DNA of 64,000 nucleotides from Candidatus Woesearchaeota archaeon (GCA_018675975.1 JABGXB010000002.1:380098-444097), one strand, 5' to 3'; shown: positions 11,541-20,469, counted from the first letter of the stretch. Numbers and translations are program-made. Notes: a model not told the origin generated them from the sequence alone.

Positions 11541-13064
11541 TTATTTTTCATCTTCATCTGATTTAATATCACCAAATTTTAGTACTTTAACTTGACGTGT
11601 TTTTAAATTTATTAAAGGCAATCTACAAGGTTCAGGAACAAAACCAAATTTTTCATTCATTTCAGTTAAATCTTCCCATGCAGATCCACATAATAAAGTA
11701 ACATTCCTATAACTTTGTATAGAACATTTATGAACATGACCAGTAACAAAAATATCAGGGATTTTACGTATAATCATTGGATCATATTCAGAATTAATTA
11801 CTTTTTGATTTGCTTTATGAAAAGGACTTAAATGTCTTCTTTGAAGTAAATATTTCATTACGTGACTTATGTTTTCTACACCACCAGCTTTTAATAAAGT
11901 AGGAACTTTATTTGCATAATAAACTAAAGACCAACCATGATACATTAAAATATCAATACCTGAAAACTTTTTAGTTCTACCAACATTCACATAAGCTGGA
12001 TTTGTTGTCATAATTACATTTTCCATTTTATATAATTCTTCAGCATAATCTTCATGTAATTTTGGTTGTGGTTCAGCCAGACGAACACCATCATGATTAC
12101 CAGGACAAATTATAATTGTTTTATCTTTTGGAATTTTTTTCATATATCTTGCGAATTCATCAAATTGTTCTTTTAAAGATAAAATCGTTAATCTGTTTTC
12201 CATACCAGGAAAAACACCAACACCTTCAACTAAATCTCCTGTAACAAAAATATATTTTATTTTTTTTGAAATTTCTTTATGTTCATCAGTTCCATAATTA
12301 CCACATAAAAAATCAATCATTAATTCAAATTCATTTTTTAAAAATTTATCAGAACCCACGTGAATATCAGACATAAATGCAACATATTCTTCTATAGGAC
12401 TTTTTTTTAATTCTTTAGTTAGTGGAACATCTGGCAAAATAATATCATTTGGAAAAACAACATCATTTAATTTTGTACCAACAATTCCAATTATATCATC
12501 ATGACATAACTCACTTGCTAAATTAAACATTTTTTCATTTTTTTTTGAAACAATTAATTTAGATTTTCCCGTAGGATCATCAACATCAAAAATTAATGCA
12601 CCATTTTTAGTTAAAGATATTTCATAAATAGACACAACTAATGCAACTTTTTCATTATCTGGTTTATATTGTAATCTACTAATTGAAATTGAATTTGAAA
12701 GTTCTAATCTTTTTTTTAAAATTGAAGAAATTTCATCATATCTATTTTTATACATTTTAACAAAATCAGCATATTTTTTTTTTTCAGTATTTTCTTCATA
12801 TTCCCAAGTAATAATTGTTTTTCTATCATTGATTTCAATTTCATTTAGTTTTTGACTTGTTTTTTTATTTTCAATATCATCTAAATATTCAATTAAAATA
12901 TTTTTATTTAAAATTAAATCATTTGAATTTTTTTTTAGAATATAATCATATAAATCAATATGATCTATAGATGAATTAATTAAATTCATTACATCTTCTT
13001 CTATTAATACTTCTTTTTCAAGTAAAAAAGAAATTATATTTTTTTTATCAATTGTGTCCGTCAA
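11541..13064 (-). CDS. polB: DNA polymerase D small (exonuclease) subunit (DP1)
   Basis: OB-fold region followed by calcineurin-like motifs SDIHVGS, GDLVEGVG, PGNHD, YHG, HLSP, TGHVH. Lies directly upstream of DP2. Confidence 0.96.
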   Translation of the reverse strand: MTDTIDKKNIISFLLEKEVLIEEDVMNLINSSIDHIDLYDYILKKNSNDLILNKNILIEYLDDIENKKTSQKLNEIEINDRKTIITWEYEENTEKKKYADFVKMYKNRYDEISSILKKRLELSNSISISRLQYKPDNEKVALVVSIYEISLTKNGALIFDVDDPTGKSKLIVSKKNEKMFNLASELCHDDIIGIVGTKLNDVVFPNDIILPDVPLTKELKKSPIEEYVAFMSDIHVGSDKFLKNEFELMIDFLCGNYGTDEHKEISKKIKYIFVTGDLVEGVGVFPGMENRLTILSLKEQFDEFARYMKKIPKDKTIIICPGNHDGVRLAEPQPKLHEDYAEELYKMENVIMTTNPAYVNVGRTKKFSGIDILMYHGWSLVYYANKVPTLLKAGGVENISHVMKYLLQRRHLSPFHKANQKVINSEYDPMIIRKIPDIFVTGHVHKCSIQSYRNVTLLCGSAWEDLTEMNEKFGFVPEPCRLPLINLKTRQVKVLKFGDIKSDEDEK

Positions 13065-13175
13065 TAAAAATGTGATTTACATTTATCTTATATATGTTTT
13101 GTAGTTAGTAAAAATAATAAATAATATTAGCTATAATAAAGTCTCTATTATAAAAAATATGTGTTTTTGTGTTAA

Positions 13176-14384
13176 TTAAAAATTTAAACTTTCTCTTAGA
13201 ATTTTTAGTAATTTTGGAGTTGTACTAGGTGGAGTTGCAAGTGTTATTTCTTTAGTTCTTCCATATCTACCTAAATTAATTAATTTTGCATTAATTATAC
13301 CTAACATATCAAGTTCAGCTATAATATCTGAAACTCTTCTTTGTGTTAATGGCCTTAGTCCAGTTTTTGGACATAAATTTTTATAATTTTCATATACTGT
13401 ACCAGTTTGAATATTGTTCATATTTTGTAAACTTATACTAAATATAGAAAAAAGTACAATTTGAAATTGTTTTGGTTGAGTTTTTACTATATCTAAAATT
13501 CTATCTCTTTCAATTTTTGATTCAGCTTGATCTATATTTTCAATTTTAATAGTAGTTTCACCTTCGCGTTCAGCAAGTTCTCCAGCTACTCTTAAAAGTT
13601 CAAGTGCACGTCTTGCATCACCATGCTCTCTTGCAGCATATGCAGCACATTTTTCTATAACTCCCGTTTCAATTATATTTTCTTCAAAAGCTAATTTTGC
13701 TCTTTCTTGTAAAATAGATTGTAATTGCATTGCATTATAAGGAGGAAATAAAATTTCTTCTTCACTAAGAGAACTTTTTACTCTTGGATCTAAATTATTA
13801 ACAAAAACTAAATCATTAGAAATTCCTATTAAATTAATTTGTGCATTTTTAAGTTCACTATTAATTCTTGTAAGATTATATAAAATTTCATCACCAGCTT
13901 TTTTTACTAATTGATCAATTTCATCTAAAACTAAAATTACTAATTGTTTTTCAATATCAATTATATTAAAAAATAATTTATATACTTCGTCAGTTGGAAG
14001 TCCAGTTGGAGGAATACTTTGACCAAATTCCCGGGCTAGTTGAGCAATTAATCTATATTCAGTATCAGCAACTCTTTTTAATTTACAATTTACATAAACA
14101 ATTTTAATATTTATTTTTTGTTCAACTGCAGTTTTTTCAATTAAATTAGTAACACTTTTTACAGATAAAGTTTTACCACTACCTGTTTTTCCATATATAA
14201 ATAAATTTGAAGGTAATTCATTTCTAAGACATGGAGCTAAAATTTTACCAATTTGTTCTATTAAATCATTTCTATGTGGAATATTTTCAGGTGTGTAATT
14301 AGCTTGAAGTACTTTTTTATTATTAAATAAAGGTTTTTTATTAATAAATGAAGAAAATATATCTTTTAATTTATTTTGACTCAT
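13176..14384 (-). CDS. cdc6: Orc1/Cdc6 replication initiator
   Basis: YTPENIPHR, Walker A YGKTGSGKT, Walker B LVLDEID, GDARRALELLR, C-terminal winged helix (ELDMLGII...GRYGRT). Confidence 0.97.
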   Translation of the reverse strand: MSQNKLKDIFSSFINKKPLFNNKKVLQANYTPENIPHRNDLIEQIGKILAPCLRNELPSNLFIYGKTGSGKTLSVKSVTNLIEKTAVEQKINIKIVYVNCKLKRVADTEYRLIAQLAREFGQSIPPTGLPTDEVYKLFFNIIDIEKQLVILVLDEIDQLVKKAGDEILYNLTRINSELKNAQINLIGISNDLVFVNNLDPRVKSSLSEEEILFPPYNAMQLQSILQERAKLAFEENIIETGVIEKCAAYAAREHGDARRALELLRVAGELAEREGETTIKIENIDQAESKIERDRILDIVKTQPKQFQIVLFSIFSISLQNMNNIQTGTVYENYKNLCPKTGLRPLTQRRVSDIIAELDMLGIINAKLINLGRYGRTKEITLATPPSTTPKLLKILRESLNF

Positions 14385-14460
14385 ATTTTAATATTTTTGT
14401 AACAAGTTTATTAATTTGATTATATTTTTTAATAAAATTGTAATATTTTATATTAATCCT

Positions 14461-14482
14461 ACCCCTTAATTTCCTCTGGAAC
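14461..14482 (-). promoter_or_regulatory. Origin recognition box (ORB) 1
   Basis: Minus strand reads GTTCCAGAGGAAATTAAGGGGT, matching the archaeal ORB pattern TTCCA-n-n-GGAAA plus G-string. Confidence 0.85.
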
Positions 14483-14639
14483 TATAATAATAAAAAACTA
14501 TTTAATGGTTAAAATTAATAATTAAATAGTATAATTATTAATTTATTAATCAAAAGATAAACAAAAAACACTTTAAATCAAATATTAAATTAATTAATAA
14601 AACAAAATTATATAATAAAATTCTAATTAAAACTTAAGT

Positions 14640-14661
14640 TATATATATATATATATATATA
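14640..14661. repeat. (TA)11 dinucleotide tract in the putative DNA unwinding element
   Basis: TATATATATATATATATATATA inside an A/T-only stretch at 14639-14693. Confidence 0.9.
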
Positions 14662-14840
14662 ATAATATATTATATATTATATATAATATATTTCTATATA
14701 GAAAATAAATAATTTGTTTTTTTTCTTTGAATTTTTTTTTAGTAAAAAAAGAATTAAAATTTATCTGTTTTTTAATTTCAAAACCAATTAATTCTTTATT
14801 GATTTGTATTTTAACAATGCACATATTTTTTTTAATTTGA

Positions 14841-14862
14841 TTTCCAATAGAAATAAAGGGGT
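14841..14862 (+). promoter_or_regulatory. Origin recognition box (ORB) 2
   Basis: TTTCCAATAGAAATAAAGGGGT, 17/22 identical to ORB1 and in inverted orientation. Confidence 0.8.
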
Positions 14863-14988
14863 AACACTGTATACTTAATTCATTAATTAATAATAATTAA
14901 TAATATTTAATATAATAATAGTTAATAATTAATTAATAATTTATCAAATAAACATTGTTTTTTTAAATCATAATATTAAAAAATATAT

Positions 14989-15993
14989 ATGGAAAAAAAA
15001 ATTCACATTAAATTTACTTGGTTTTTATTATTAATAATATTAATTTTATTTGCTTATATAGTATATATTGATAATCAAATATCTGAAACAAATTTAAAAT
15101 TACTCAATATAAATAATGATTTATCAAATAATATTAATGATTTAGATAAAAATATTAATTCTTTTATTGAATCTCAAAATAATATTAATAAAAATATTAC
15201 AAATGCAACTATAACTAATAATAATAATATAGTTGATAATTTTAATATATTAAATTATGATATAAATAAAGTTGGAGAACAAATTGAATATTATAATTTA
15301 AAATCTAATAAAAGATTAGATGAATTAGGAGAAGAAAATGATGCAATTCAAAATTCAGTTGATGAAATTAGTACAAGTATTGTATCTTTAAAAAAAAAAA
15401 CAAGTTCTGACTTTACAGATATTATTGAAGATGTTGTTCCCGCTACTATTTCTATAAATACACCAATTGGAGTAGGTTCAGGTGCAATAATATCTAAAGA
15501 ATATGCAATAACAAATTTTCATGTTGTTTCATCTAATGGAGAACCTTTAGATGATATTAGAATAAGAACTTATGATGATGATTATTTTGGAGCAAAAATT
15601 ATAGCTTATAATCCTTTAATTGATTTAGCATTATTAAAATTAGATGAAGATATGGATTATACTTTTGATTTTGTTAAATTAAATGATATTGAATTAGGTC
15701 AAAAAGTTATGGCTATTGGATCACCAAGAGGTTTAAGTTTTACAGTTACAGAAGGAATAATTAGTCAATTAAATAGACAAATTGATTCTTCTAATATAAA
15801 TTACATACAAACATCTGTTGCAATTAATCCTGGTAATTCTGGTGGTCCTTTAATTAGTACTGATGGTAAATTAATTGGATTAAATACATTAAAAGTATTA
15901 GAATCAGAAGGATTAGGTTTTGCAATACCTTCAGAAATAATAAGTAGTTTTATTGATTCAGTTGAATCTGAGAATAATATAAATATAAAATAA
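14989..15993 (+). CDS. Membrane-anchored trypsin-like (S1C/HtrA-type) serine protease without PDZ domain
   Basis: N-terminal TM helix, coiled-coil stalk, catalytic triad motifs TNFHVV, DLALLK, AINPGNSGGPL. Confidence 0.9.
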   Translation: MEKKIHIKFTWFLLLIILILFAYIVYIDNQISETNLKLLNINNDLSNNINDLDKNINSFIESQNNINKNITNATITNNNNIVDNFNILNYDINKVGEQIEYYNLKSNKRLDELGEENDAIQNSVDEISTSIVSLKKKTSSDFTDIIEDVVPATISINTPIGVGSGAIISKEYAITNFHVVSSNGEPLDDIRIRTYDDDYFGAKIIAYNPLIDLALLKLDEDMDYTFDFVKLNDIELGQKVMAIGSPRGLSFTVTEGIISQLNRQIDSSNINYIQTSVAINPGNSGGPLISTDGKLIGLNTLKVLESEGLGFAIPSEIISSFIDSVESENNINIK

Positions 15994-16008
15994 TAAAAAA
16001 ATTAAAAA

Positions 16009-16335
16009 TTATCTTCTTTTTCTTTTTACAGATCTAGAAGATTTTTTTGTTACTTTTTTTGCTGTTTTTTTAACAACTTTTTTTTTAACTGGTTTTTTTA
16101 CACTTTTTGAATTTTTTTTAGCAGTATTAATTCCTAATTTTTCTTCAATTTTATATTGTTCATCAAGAATATTCAATTCATTATATCTTAATTGATCAAC
16201 AATATGCTCTACATGAACTTCAACATTCAATAATTTTTGTTCTAGCCTAATTAAGTATTTCAATGCCCAAATAATACCCACAACTGCACCTACTGTTACA
16301 GCAAAAGTAATATCACCAGATGTTAGATTAACCAT
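16009..16335 (-). CDS. Small membrane protein with Lys-rich C-terminal tail
   Basis: One hydrophobic helix (FAVTVGAVVGIIWAL), KKPVKKKVVKKTAKK tail, SD-like GAGGTGG upstream of the ATG. Confidence 0.7.
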   Translation of the reverse strand: MVNLTSGDITFAVTVGAVVGIIWALKYLIRLEQKLLNVEVHVEHIVDQLRYNELNILDEQYKIEEKLGINTAKKNSKSVKKPVKKKVVKKTAKKVTKKSSRSVKRKRR

Positions 16336-16439
16336 ATTCCACCTCTTATAAATGATTGTATGATTTGGCTTTTTAAACGTTTCTACTACTATAAGACAAT
16401 TTTACTCTTAAAATAGCTTATTTCTACATTTACTTATTG

Positions 16440-16466
16440 TTACTACTTTATAGTAATGTTTATAAA
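16440..16466 (+). promoter_or_regulatory. Promoter of first TrmB gene: inverted repeat TTACTA-N5-TAGTAA next to TATA box TTTATAAA
   Basis: Palindrome at 16440-16456, TATA at 16459-16466, ATG at 16490. Confidence 0.5.
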
Positions 16467-16489
16467 TAAATAATTCCTCAATAGTCTTA

Positions 16490-17278
16490 ATGATTAAAAA
16501 CGATATTGTTTCAAGATTAAAGGAATTTGGGTTAAATAATTATGAAGCTAAATTGTGGATCTCTTTATTATCAAGAGGAATTGCTGGTGCTAGTGAATTA
16601 TCTGAAATTGCTAATGTACCACGATCAAGAGCTTATGATGTATTAGAGAGTCTTGAAAAAAAAGGTTTTATTATGATTAAAGTTGGTAAACCAATAAAAT
16701 ATATGCCAATTTCACCTGCTAATGTATTAGAAAATTTAAAAAAGAAATTAAAATCCGAACATAAAGAGCAATTAGATCAAATAAGTAATTATAAAGATAG
16801 TAATGTATTTGAAGAATTAAATTTATTACATGATAATGGAATAGATTCATCTGATTTTTCTGATATGTCAGCAAGCTTAAAAGGTCAAAATAATTTAAAT
16901 AATCATATTGAATTATGTCTAAAAAAAGCTAAAGATTATATTTATTTAATGACTACTGACATAGGTTTAAAAAGAAAATATGATAAATTTTTTGATGTTT
17001 TTAAAAAATTAAAAAGTAGAGGTGTAAAAATTAATATTTGTGCGCCTTTGGATGGAATCGACAAATCTATATTAACTAAATTAAGTACAGTTGCAAATTT
17101 AAAAAATATTCAAAAACCAATTTCAAGATTTATTGTTGTAGATGGAACTGAATTAACTTTTATGTTAAATGATGACAATAAAATTAAAGCAAAATTTGAT
17201 ACGGGTATATGGGTAAATACACCATTTTTTTCTAATGGATTATCAAAAATGTTTGAAACTGTTTTTGATAAAAATTAA
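16490..17278 (+). CDS. TrmB-family transcriptional regulator
   Basis: N-terminal wHTH FGLNNYEAKLW...VPRSRAYDVLESLEKKGF...KP..Y; C-terminal effector-domain motif RFIVVDG. Confidence 0.9.
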   Translation: MIKNDIVSRLKEFGLNNYEAKLWISLLSRGIAGASELSEIANVPRSRAYDVLESLEKKGFIMIKVGKPIKYMPISPANVLENLKKKLKSEHKEQLDQISNYKDSNVFEELNLLHDNGIDSSDFSDMSASLKGQNNLNNHIELCLKKAKDYIYLMTTDIGLKRKYDKFFDVFKKLKSRGVKINICAPLDGIDKSILTKLSTVANLKNIQKPISRFIVVDGTELTFMLNDDNKIKAKFDTGIWVNTPFFSNGLSKMFETVFDKN

Positions 17279-17814
17279 AAACCGTTTTTAGTTAATTCTT
17301 TCCAATTATTTTTATAATAATTATATTTTTCTTCAAAAATTTCCTTTGGAGTTATTTCTATATTTAAATTTAATATTTTTTCTTTTAATAAATTTAAAGT
17401 TTTTTCTTTTTCCTCTTCTTTACATAATTTTTCAAGCTCAAGTATATACCCATAACCAAGACTATGTCCTACTTGAATTGTAATATTTTGCCATTCAAAC
17501 GTATATTTTTTTCTAAACCATTTAATTTGTTTTGGTATATTTAATTTTTCAAACATTTTTTGAAGGTGATTAAAATTTATTTTATCAAATTTTATTTCAT
17601 ATTCTTCCCTACAATCATCATGAATATTTCCTGATTTTAATATTATTTTTGCATAATCATTATTTTTCCAAAGTCTAACTCCACCTTGATCTGCATAATA
17701 TTCAGTTTCATCTGTTTCGATTTCAATTAAATTTCCTTCTTTTTTAAAAAATTCAATTAATTCCTCAAATTTTTCTTTAGAAATAAAACTTCTGATCTCT
17801 ACTTCAATTGTCAT
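17275..17814 (-). CDS. CYTH-domain (class IV adenylate cyclase/triphosphate tunnel) protein
   Basis: N-terminal EVEIR (ExExK-like), EEYE, R-K, and LGYGYILELE motifs; 179 aa. Confidence 0.8.
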   Translation of the reverse strand: MTIEVEIRSFISKEKFEELIEFFKKEGNLIEIETDETEYYADQGGVRLWKNNDYAKIILKSGNIHDDCREEYEIKFDKINFNHLQKMFEKLNIPKQIKWFRKKYTFEWQNITIQVGHSLGYGYILELEKLCKEEEKEKTLNLLKEKILNLNIEITPKEIFEEKYNYYKNNWKELTKNGF

Positions 17815-17885
17815 AATTTTCTTTTTTTAATATAATTTATATACTTTTTGAAAAAAATGAAATTAAAATAAAAAATAAAAAAAAA

Positions 17886-18125
17886 TTATTCTTTTATTGT
17901 CAAATATTCATATGCTTTTGATAATACTATCATTGCTTTTGGTAAATCTTTTGCATATAAACTACTAGAACTTTTCCAATTACCCTCTTTGTCTTTAAAT
18001 CTTCTTGAAAAATTTACTGTATTAAATTCAGCATCATTTCCTTCAGTATTCTTTGTTGTGTTTTTAAAAACAGTTGCATTTATTGCACCTGTTGAAAATC
18101 TTTTTACTACATCTCCATTTTCCAT
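17886..18125 (-). CDS. Small hypothetical protein, possibly PC4-like nucleic-acid binding
   Basis: 79 aa with beta-strand pattern, RRFKDKEGNWK and a C-terminal helix; SD GAGGT upstream. Fold assignment is a guess. Confidence 0.55.
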   Translation of the reverse strand: MENGDVVKRFSTGAINATVFKNTTKNTEGNDAEFNTVNFSRRFKDKEGNWKSSSSLYAKDLPKAMIVLSKAYEYLTIKE

Positions 18126-18290
18126 TTTTAATACCTCTTTGTATTATATAGAATTATAATTTTAACTTAAAAATAATCTTTGTAATATTTATTGTAATAT
18201 TTACATAAATATAATCAATATTTTGTATTATTTGAACATTTTTCATTCAAATAACCAATGTTTATAAATTGAATATTTTTTTATAGAAAT

Positions 18291-19232
18291 ATGAATGAAC
18301 TATATATTTCTAATAAATTAATTTATGAAACTGTAGAAGCTGCATGTGGTTCTGATATACTTCCTTTAGTTGAGTTTATTAAAAATAAAGAAAATATAAG
18401 TGAAACTGATATATCTGAAAAACTAGAAATTCCAATTAATATAATAAGACAAATGTTTTACAGATTATCTGATTTTAATTTAGTTAGATTTAAGAAAAAA
18501 AAAGATAAAAAAAAAGGTTGGTATATTTATTATTGGACTTTTCTTTCAAGAAATATTTCTTATGCAATTTTAGCATTAAAAAAAAGAAGGTATGAAGGAT
18601 TAAAAAGTAGAATTACTCGAGAAGAAGAAAATATTTATTTTATATGTAATGATAATCATTTTAAAATGGACTTTGATTCCGCTACAGAATATGAATTTAA
18701 ATGTCCTGAATGCGGTGAACTTTTATTTCAAATAGACAGTCAAAAAATAATTGATAATTTAAGAGTAGAAATGGACGAATTAAATGAATATATACAACAT
18801 CCACCTAGCATTTTTAAATATGAAGAAGAACCAGTTCAAACTTTAGAAATTATAACTGCTGAAGATGAATTAAGAGCAAAGAAAAGAACAACTAAAAAAG
18901 CTGTTAAAAAAGTAGTTAAGAAAGCTGCTAAAAAGAAAACAGTTAAGAAACCAGCTAAAAAGAAAGTTGTTAAAAAAGTAGTTAAGAAACCAGTTAAAAA
19001 GAAAGTTGTTAAAAAAGTAGTTAAGAAACCAGTTAAAAAGAAAGTCGATAAAAAAGTAGTTAAGAAAAAAGTTGCTAAAAAAGTAATTAAAAAAGCAGTT
19101 AAGAAAAAAGTAATAAAAAAACTAGTTAAAAAAAAATCTGCTAAAAGACCAACCAAAAAAAAAGAAGTATTTAGTTCTAGAAAAAAAAAGAAATTAGTTA
19201 ATAATATTTTAAAAAAAAGAAAAAAGAAATAA
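18291..19232 (+). CDS. tfe: Transcription factor E (TFE alpha) with Lys-rich histone-H1-like C-terminal extension
   Basis: wHTH (IRQMFYRL, GWYIYYW), zinc ribbon FICNDNH...FKCPECGELL, then about 115 aa of K/V/A/P repeats. Confidence 0.9.
   Translation: MNELYISNKLIYETVEAACGSDILPLVEFIKNKENISETDISEKLEIPINIIRQMFYRLSDFNLVRFKKKKDKKKGWYIYYWTFLSRNISYAILALKKRRYEGLKSRITREEENIYFICNDNHFKMDFDSATEYEFKCPECGELLFQIDSQKIIDNLRVEMDELNEYIQHPPSIFKYEEEPVQTLEIITAEDELRAKKRTTKKAVKKVVKKAAKKKTVKKPAKKKVVKKVVKKPVKKKVVKKVVKKPVKKKVDKKVVKKKVAKKVIKKAVKKKVIKKLVKKKSAKRPTKKKEVFSSRKKKKLVNNILKKRKKK
18942..19058 (+). repeat. 3 x 39-bp coding tandem repeat (VKKPV/AKKKVVKKV) in the TFE tail
   Basis: Units gttaagaaaccag(c/t)taaaaagaaagt(tgt/cga)taaaaaagta begin at 18942, 18981 and 19020. 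Confidence 0.9.
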
Positions 19233-19628
19233 TTACCAATTTCCAATTAATTCATTAAATGAAAAACCAGCTTCTTTATGTTCTTTAAAATTTACACAAA
19301 AACTTTTTTCAGTTTCTTTTAAATCATCTATTGATAAAAAATACCAACCTTTTTTTTCAAATTTTGCTCCAATATAATATTCACATCCAAACATTCTTGA
19401 AAATTCAATTAATTCAAAAATTTGTTTTTTATTAATATAAATATAATTATTTTTTACGGATTTTGCTTCAATTGCAATTTTACGAATATTATTTGATGCT
19501 AAAATATCTGGACTTGGGTATTTTGTTGAACCACTTCCAGCAGATCTTAATGCTGCCCAATTGTTTTTCCAAAATAAATGAATTAACTCTCTTTCTGCTT
19601 TACTACCTTTACTTTTAGTATTAATCAT
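19233..19628 (-). CDS. hjc: Archaeal Holliday junction resolvase Hjc
   Basis: KGSKAERELI, RSAGSGS, PDILA, IEAKS motifs; 131 aa. Confidence 0.93.
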   Translation of the reverse strand: MINTKSKGSKAERELIHLFWKNNWAALRSAGSGSTKYPSPDILASNNIRKIAIEAKSVKNNYIYINKKQIFELIEFSRMFGCEYYIGAKFEKKGWYFLSIDDLKETEKSFCVNFKEHKEAGFSFNELIGNW

Positions 19629-19703
19629 ACATTATATTAATTGATTATTATTTATAATAAAAATGCGTAGATGTCTATTGGACCAGTGTAAAATTATTTT
19701 TAT

Positions 19704-20405
19704 TTAATTATAAAAGTCATTAGTATACTCAAAATTATTATCTTGTAATATATTTTCTAATTTTTCTAAAAATTCAGAATGTTCAAATGGTATAAATGTT
19801 TTAAAACCACCTACTTTTTCAAAATTTACTCCTGTATTACTTCTACCATCTTTATTTAAATATACATCTTTTAATGAAACTACTACATATCCTATTTTGT
19901 CATATAAATCAAATATTGGTCTTATTTTTCTTTGAATTGAAGTTGTTGAATACGGTGATGGATGTCTTTTCCCACCACCTTTTACTTTTTTACCACATTT
20001 CACTTCAAAAGCAACAAATATATCTTCTAATAATACACTATTATCAATTTGAGATTGTATTTTAAATTTAGATGGAATATGTAAGTTTATTTCAGTTCCA
20101 TAAGGTAATATTTTTATGAACCTATATGATTTTGTTATTTTTTTATCATTGAGTGGGTTAAACTTTCCACCTAAATTATGTTCACTCAAGATTTTCTGAA
20201 TTGTTAGCCCAGTGTAAATTTCTCCAAAATAACCTATTATATTTGATAATAAATGCATCTGACTATTTTTTGAGTCTAGTGAAATAAACATATTGTATAT
20301 ATTTTCCCAATCAATCTCTTGTTGAGGGAACAATTCAACTAATTTTTCTAAACTATCATTACTATACAACTGTATTTGTTTTTCCATGATATTCTTGAAA
20401 ATCAT
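19704..20405 (-). CDS. Hypothetical protein, possible PD-(D/E)XK nuclease
   Basis: GYFGEIY...QIDNSVLLEDIFVAFEVKCG resembles the E...D...ExK catalytic pattern. Confidence 0.5.
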   Translation of the reverse strand: MIFKNIMEKQIQLYSNDSLEKLVELFPQQEIDWENIYNMFISLDSKNSQMHLLSNIIGYFGEIYTGLTIQKILSEHNLGGKFNPLNDKKITKSYRFIKILPYGTEINLHIPSKFKIQSQIDNSVLLEDIFVAFEVKCGKKVKGGGKRHPSPYSTTSIQRKIRPIFDLYDKIGYVVVSLKDVYLNKDGRSNTGVNFEKVGGFKTFIPFEHSEFLEKLENILQDNNFEYTNDFYN

Positions 20406-20469
20406 CTATTTAAAAATAATTATTTGATTAAATAGTTTCATTTAAAAATAAAGAATATTTCAAAATATT

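Larger units (their letters stand above)
14385..14988. other. Probable chromosomal replication origin (oriC)
   Basis: About 600-bp non-coding, extremely AT-rich gap directly upstream of cdc6, with two inverted ORB-like boxes flanking an AT-only/(TA)n tract. Confidence 0.85.

Noticed and set aside
13132..13152. Inverted repeat TATAATA-N7-TATTATA between cdc6 and DP1
   Set aside because: A/T-only arms are expected by chance at this base composition.
14639..14824. 61-aa minus-strand ORF in the cdc6 upstream gap
   Set aside because: Low-complexity translation (YIYIYI) of the origin's AT/(TA)n tract.
18942..19058. 39-bp repeats (and the ~102-bp repeats at 40.9-41.7 kb) as a possible CRISPR array
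   Set aside because: In-frame coding tandem repeats with no unique spacers and no cas genes nearby.
18836..19246. 136-aa antisense F/L/T-rich ORF that looks like a membrane protein
   Set aside because: It is the reverse complement of the Lys-rich TFE repeat tail.
19660..19695. Slightly GC-richer intergenic patch upstream of hjc as a possible small RNA or tRNA fragment
   Set aside because: No cloverleaf, C/D boxes or stable hairpin could be drawn.
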